A stretch of 64,000 nt of DNA, taken from NCBI RefSeq assembly GCF_003704095.1, contig NW_020844332.1, forward strand, positions 186,001 through 250,000, in the 5' to 3' direction. The DNA comes from Pocillopora damicornis (taxonomy: Eukaryota). Each line of letters starts with the position of its first letter. Position 1 is the stretch's first letter. A program made the position numbers and the translations under genes. The notes under the pieces are model-generated. The model saw nothing but the letters and a program-made list of their open reading frames with translations, was not told where the DNA came from and searched no databases. Shown here piece by piece: positions 58,850 through 64,000 of this stretch.

Positions 58850-60405
58850 CTGTTTGCACCAAATGATACAAGAAAATGGTTTAACCCTTTAATTCCCAAG
58901 ATCTTATTTGTTAATTCTCCCTTCTAGCTGCCTCACATTTCCTTGTAAATTAGTTATAAGAACATGGTGCTAGATCAAGATAGCAGCNNNNNNNNNNNNN
59001 NNNNNNNNNNNNNNNNNNNNNNNNNNNNNNNNNNNNNNNNNNNNNNNNNNNNNNNNNNNNNNNNNNNNNNNNNNNNNNNNNNNNNNNAGACCAAATGTTA
59101 GTCGCCTGAGGCGACCGGGCGCCGCTAGAGCACAGCCTTGCACTGAGATTCAGAAAACTGTTAACACTTTTATGTCATTCTGGTAGATCAAATGAGTATT
59201 GACCTGTTGCAATAAAGTAAAGTAAACTGAAACAAACGTCTGAATCTACAAATTGTTGCTTTTCTGGGTTTTGTTTTCTTTCCCTTGGCTCACTCCTTGG
59301 CACACCTAGAGATTTTATTATCTGGGGGCATCTGCCTTAAAAGGAGCACAAACGTACAGGGCATATCTATTGAAGGGTCCAATTTCCTTAGTTCTGAGCT
59401 TGTCCGCTAAATGGAATGTCCATTAACTGCAGTGGGAATTGCATTCAAAATGTTACTCTTACCTTGATTTTACAGCTGAATGGGTACTTCTCAAAAACAT
59501 AGTTCATTGTATGTCATGTGGGTGCCTAGCAATTATGCAAGAAATTCATGTAAGGAAGAGAGAGTGTAACTTCTTTCCATGTCCTAATTTTCTAATTACT
59601 TACTCCTGGTTTAATCGAACACCTGCTACTCAGGCAACAGTTTTATTATATTTACATGGTCTTCCTCTGAGTCCTGTGAAATTACAGTGAAGTCCATTAA
59701 TGAAGAGTGTTGAGTAAATGAAAATATGAAGAATGTTAGATTCATTCTAGAAGCAGGTTAGTTATATAACTACTAATTTTAGAATGCTTTTAACCCTTTA
59801 ACTCCCATCAGTGACTGAGACAGAATTTCTCCTTACAATATCAACACAATATCAAGCAGACAAGTGATGAGAATTAAGATACATATCAATTAGGGGATTA
59901 TTAGTTGATCCAATACCAAATTCTCAAACCTAACATCATAAAAATTGTATGGTAGACAGTAAAGAGAACTGACTAATGAGATCTTGGGATCTTGGTTAAA
60001 ACATTATATGGCTAAGGTTCCTTTGACTTGAGAGCACTCTAGGTATTCTCCCTCAAGCAATGAAGTTCTAAAATCATTCAAGTTTTGCTGTCATCTCATT
60101 TCTGAAGTTGTTTCCCTCATTTCCATTTGGCCGAGATTTTATGAGATTGTATGTGTGTACACCTAACATTGGCAAAAACTCTGACTTAAAACCGGAGAGA
60201 AGTGCGGAAAAAAATAAAATGTTGAAATATTGGTGAACACCCGCCTTAAAGTAAGATGGAAGGTGGGACATACAGGTGTGTAAATAGCCCACTTTTTGCA
60301 TAAGTAACTTGCTTATGTTTGGTCTCTTATGGTCCTTGATAACAGTCAATTTCAAAGAACTTCACACATCCACTTCTGGTCAATAGATCAGTGCGGCAAT
60401 ATTTC

Positions 60406-61680
60406 CTAAGGCCGGACCACTGAGTGGGGCTCTACTGTATTTTTGCGTATTTTACCTCGGCATAGTACTCGGATTACATCTTTAAATGCCATTTTGAACT
60501 GCTTATTCAAGAATGCATATATGATAGGATTGCAGATTGTGTTTGAAAATGCCAGCCATGCTGCCACCAGAGGAAACGATGAAGAATCACTCGCATGCAG
60601 GTCTAGAGTTTCGAGGATGCTATACACAGCGAAAGGAAACCAACAAACTTTGAATGCCAGAATAGTCACCAACAATACTTTAACTAGCTTTTCTTGTTGA
60701 TTAAATCGTTTCTGCGTTTTGCCGAGCCGCACGATACCTGATTGTTCTGACGGAGTTGGAGAAATGACCCGAGATGTTTGGCTGTTGTTGTCCTCTATGA
60801 CTGTTGCGTCTTTAACGCTAAACGTTTCTACTGGAGCCAGTCCTGAAGATGTTGAAGGCGTTGTGCCTACTGCTCGCATATGCAACTTAAAGTTATGGAT
60901 TGTTCCTGTTTCGGCAATCAGTGTGCTTGCACCAGTCTGAATGCTAGAATCAGGAAAGTTAATTATTACCTCAGGCACTTTGCCAACTTGATCAAGGTTG
61001 GAACAGCTCAACTGACTATCGGTAGCACCACACCACCCTTTACTGGAGCGAAAATTCTTGTTATGCTTACGAACAAACTTCATAATCTTGTAGTAAAACA
61101 CTGTCATGAGGCACGAAGGTATACAAAATAGCGACACAAGTATTAATATACTGTAAGACATATGTTTTGACCAGTTCAGCGAGCACGTGGAAATACTAGA
61201 GTTGAAATAAAACTCGCCCCACCCAAACACAGGGGGAAGGGTGAAAAAGATACTTACACCCCATATGGCGCCCACCATACATTTTACCAATCTCCATAAT
61301 TCAAGCGTGGAGTATTTATAGTAAGAAGTGATGGTTTTATATCTGTACCAGCTGAAGCTAAACAAAGTCAACAAAGTCACGTTGGAGAGCAGAACTATGA
61401 CAAAAGCCTCCACTTGGCAGATAGCTTCCCCAAAAATCCAATTGTTATTACAGAGCACGGTGATGTAGGAAAGAGGTATGCAGATAAGACCTGCTGAAAT
61501 GTCCGTCACGGCTAAATTCAAGACAAATATATTGGCTGGCACACGCCGAATGACTTTTTTTGTCGCAACAGAGATGACAACAATAGAGTTGCCACCTAAA
61601 GCCACCAACGAAATAAATATCATTGGAATGGCTTTCCCAACAGAAGACCAAGTAACTGAAGGAGTTGAGGAGTCATTCAT
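60406..61680 (-). CDS. Intronless class A GPCR (aminergic/GPR161-like orphan)
   Basis: TM1 GGNS, TM2 NLAVTD, WIFG..C, WYRY at the DRY position, PPVFGWG, CWFP, NPIIY, helix 8 NKQFK.AF; long ICL3. First ATG at 61680. Confidence 0.92.
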   Translation of the reverse strand: MNDSSTPSVTWSSVGKAIPMIFISLVALGGNSIVVISVATKKVIRRVPANIFVLNLAVTDISAGLICIPLSYITVLCNNNWIFGEAICQVEAFVIVLLSNVTLLTLFSFSWYRYKTITSYYKYSTLELWRLVKCMVGAIWGVSIFFTLPPVFGWGEFYFNSSISTCSLNWSKHMSYSILILVSLFCIPSCLMTVFYYKIMKFVRKHNKNFRSSKGWCGATDSQLSCSNLDQVGKVPEVIINFPDSSIQTGASTLIAETGTIHNFKLHMRAVGTTPSTSSGLAPVETFSVKDATVIEDNNSQTSRVISPTPSEQSGIVRLGKTQKRFNQQEKLVKVLLVTILAFKVCWFPFAVYSILETLDLHASDSSSFPLVAAWLAFSNTICNPIIYAFLNKQFKMAFKDVIRVLCRGKIRKNTVEPHSVVRP

Positions 61681-64000
61681 AGTTTGGCTAAAGCACAATT
61701 TAGCTAAGTACTAAACTGCCTTAAATAAGCGCGCACTTTCGGTCGGGTTGTTTTTAACGAAAGGAGTCAATGTTTGAATAACAACTTCCGTCCGATGCTT
61801 GTTCACTAGGAAAAGGTCTTCAACCAAATATGACGAATTTCTTCAAACGGTCTTTCAGCGATTTGAAACCAACGTTTCACCAAGCGTAGGATCCTCCAGA
61901 CCTAGTTGGCTTGAAAATTTGAAAAGTGATAGCGAATAACTTGCTCCTTAAAAGTGTATTTGCGAGAATAACTTTTAAAGATCTTTCAAGTAGCTTGACT
62001 CACTGCAATGTCTGATTCTTTTGGCGGGTTTTCCTGAAGCTCATCGAGAACTTAATTCCATTTAGATGTGTACTCCTCTTACGGCTTTTTCATTCAATCT
62101 GAACAAATGTTGTTATTCTTTACCAGGTATTCTATCTTTTCTGGCGACCCCTGCTTTTAATTAAACGTCAAAATGTCAAGAAATGTTCCATTAGTAGACC
62201 AAAGTAATCTCCGCTCCATCATCAGTTTTTTCGTTTTTGTCAAATATTGAATGACTAGGAAAATAGTGCCTCAATAGAGCCACCTGTTTCCACTTTTACA
62301 TTGTACATCGGCGGCAAATTGGTTGTCAGTCCGATTCTTTCGGTGGTAGCGGAGTGACTGAAGCACTCAAAAATTGAACTTGACCCAAATAAAAGCTCAT
62401 GGGTTGGAAACGAGGAGAAAAACGTCCAGTTTTGACACTTCGTAGATCATACGAACGGCGTGTGCCCCTCTGGGAAGGGCTTAATCTCTCTACACCTGTA
62501 TTTACCTGAGGTTGTTGCCTGTCGGAGAACAGACGATTATATTTACCGTCTTTTTCTTCATTCTTTGGGAGTGTTTAATTAGAAAACTAAACGAAAAAGG
62601 CGTCTTTTCTTTCACCCTTTGATTCCCACGGGTGACCAAAACAGTGTTTCTCCTTACAATATCAATACAATATCAAGCAGATAAGTGATGGCAATAAATA
62701 AAAATATCAATTATAGGGGGTTGTTGGTTGATGCAATACCAAATTCACCGAACTAACAGCATATGAATTGTATGGTAGAAAGTAAGGAGAATTACTGACG
62801 AGATCTTTGAAGTGGAAGGCAGAGGGGGATGAGTGAGGGGTCAGTCCTTAGAAAGGCCTTTACACGTTGAGTTATTGTGGAAGGTGTAAGGAAAACTACA
62901 TATTTGAAAGGTTTTACGTGTTAAAAAAAGGTTTCAACCACAGTGAAGCGATTTAAAGCTTTTCACTGAGTTGAGCAGAGCACTTGTTTCTGGCTTTCTA
63001 AAGTCTAGTCACAGACCCTCCATTCTGTCCAGGGTCAGCATCGAGGGCGCGAGCGAAAATAGAGTTTCGGGGGATTTAATACTTTTATTTTCACCATTTA
63101 TGTAATTTTTCCTTTCTTTCTGGTTTTTTTTCATCTTATTTTGGACCTCTTGCGCTCGTTCTCGCTACCCCGCTCAGCAAAAACAAAAATAATGAACAGC
63201 AAGTAAGAAAACAAATATTTACAATGAAACACGGACTGGGAGGGACACCAGTCTCTTATTTGTCTTCAGACAAGTCACAGGGATACCAGGTGGATTGCTT
63301 TAGTTCTACTTAGGGGACGCCCTGTTAATCCTTTAACTTCTACGAATGACCAAGACTAAATTTCTCCTTACTACTTTGAAACAACATCAAGCAGGCGAGT
63401 GATGTAAATAAAGAAAAATATCAATTAGGGGATTATCAGTTGATCCGATACCAAATTCTCTAAAACAACATCAAAAGAATTATATAGCTTATAGTAAGGA
63501 GAATTACTATTGAGATCTTAGGAGTCAAACGGTTGATAGTGGGTGTAGGAACAAGTGCAACATTTTTTTCAAGCGAGTAAAGCCTCTACTTTCCTCAAGT
63601 TTAAAATATTCTTCCAACGAGTTGTGGAGGAAATAATGAGAAGCTATGATTTTTCTCTGTGATTGGATGAAAAAATTCACGCCCCACTTCCTCGACCAAT
63701 CAGATGCATACTATGCTTAACCTTTAACTCCCAAGATCTGATTGTAAATTCTCCCCTCTAGCTGCTACACATTTCCTTCTAAATTAGTTCTGAGAATTTG
63801 GTGTCAGATCAAGAAAATCAACTTCTACGCGATAAGTTCAAGTATTATCATTATCTGTTTGCAAGATAGTGTGAGGATATTATAGAAGAAGTTACCTCTC
63901 AATCACTTCTGGGTGTTAACGGGTTTAAGCCAGCTGTCGTTTTTACTTTGAATTCCTTCAAAAAATACTCGTTGTCACTGGGTGTTGAAATAATTACACA

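Larger units (their letters stand above)
54744..59140 (-). mobile_element. hAT-type DNA transposon carrying OTU and transposase remnants, scrambled by an apparent inversion
   Basis: Identical 15-mer TAGAGCACAGCCTTG at 58302-58316 and 59126-59140, GGCGACC/GTCGCC subterminal motifs at both, and flanks CAGTG (58317) and CACTG (59141) that become a 5-bp TSD if the block is flipped. Confidence 0.72.

Noticed and set aside
60406-61680. Opsin call for the second GPCR
   Set aside because: No Lys at the TM7 retinal-binding position (AFSNTICNPIIY).

Overview
AT-rich, intron-rich animal genomic DNA with 100-N scaffold gaps. The repeat repertoire suggests a cnidarian, most likely a stony coral (inference). 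Genes: two intronless class A GPCRs (3.3-4.5 kb and 60.4-61.7 kb, both minus); a complete clathrin heavy chain gene of about 32 exons (minus, 11121-34182) head-to-head with a complete SETD1/Set1 H3K4 methyltransferase (plus, about 34908-48934), which has a U12-type AT-AC intron; and CLYBL, whose first five exons are on plus and last two on minus inside a gap-bounded block that looks inverted. That block also holds the most unusual element: a decayed hAT-type DNA transposon with a vertnin-like OTU cysteine protease ORF directly upstream of, and probably once fused to, a TTF zinc finger plus DUF4371 transposase. Flipping the block restores 15-bp TIRs and a 5-bp TSD. Introns carry about 20 TTAA-targeting piggyBac-like MITEs, a pogo-type element, minimal hammerhead-ribozyme repeats, an 80-bp hairpin and local tandem duplications. 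All calls were made by eye; no searches were run.
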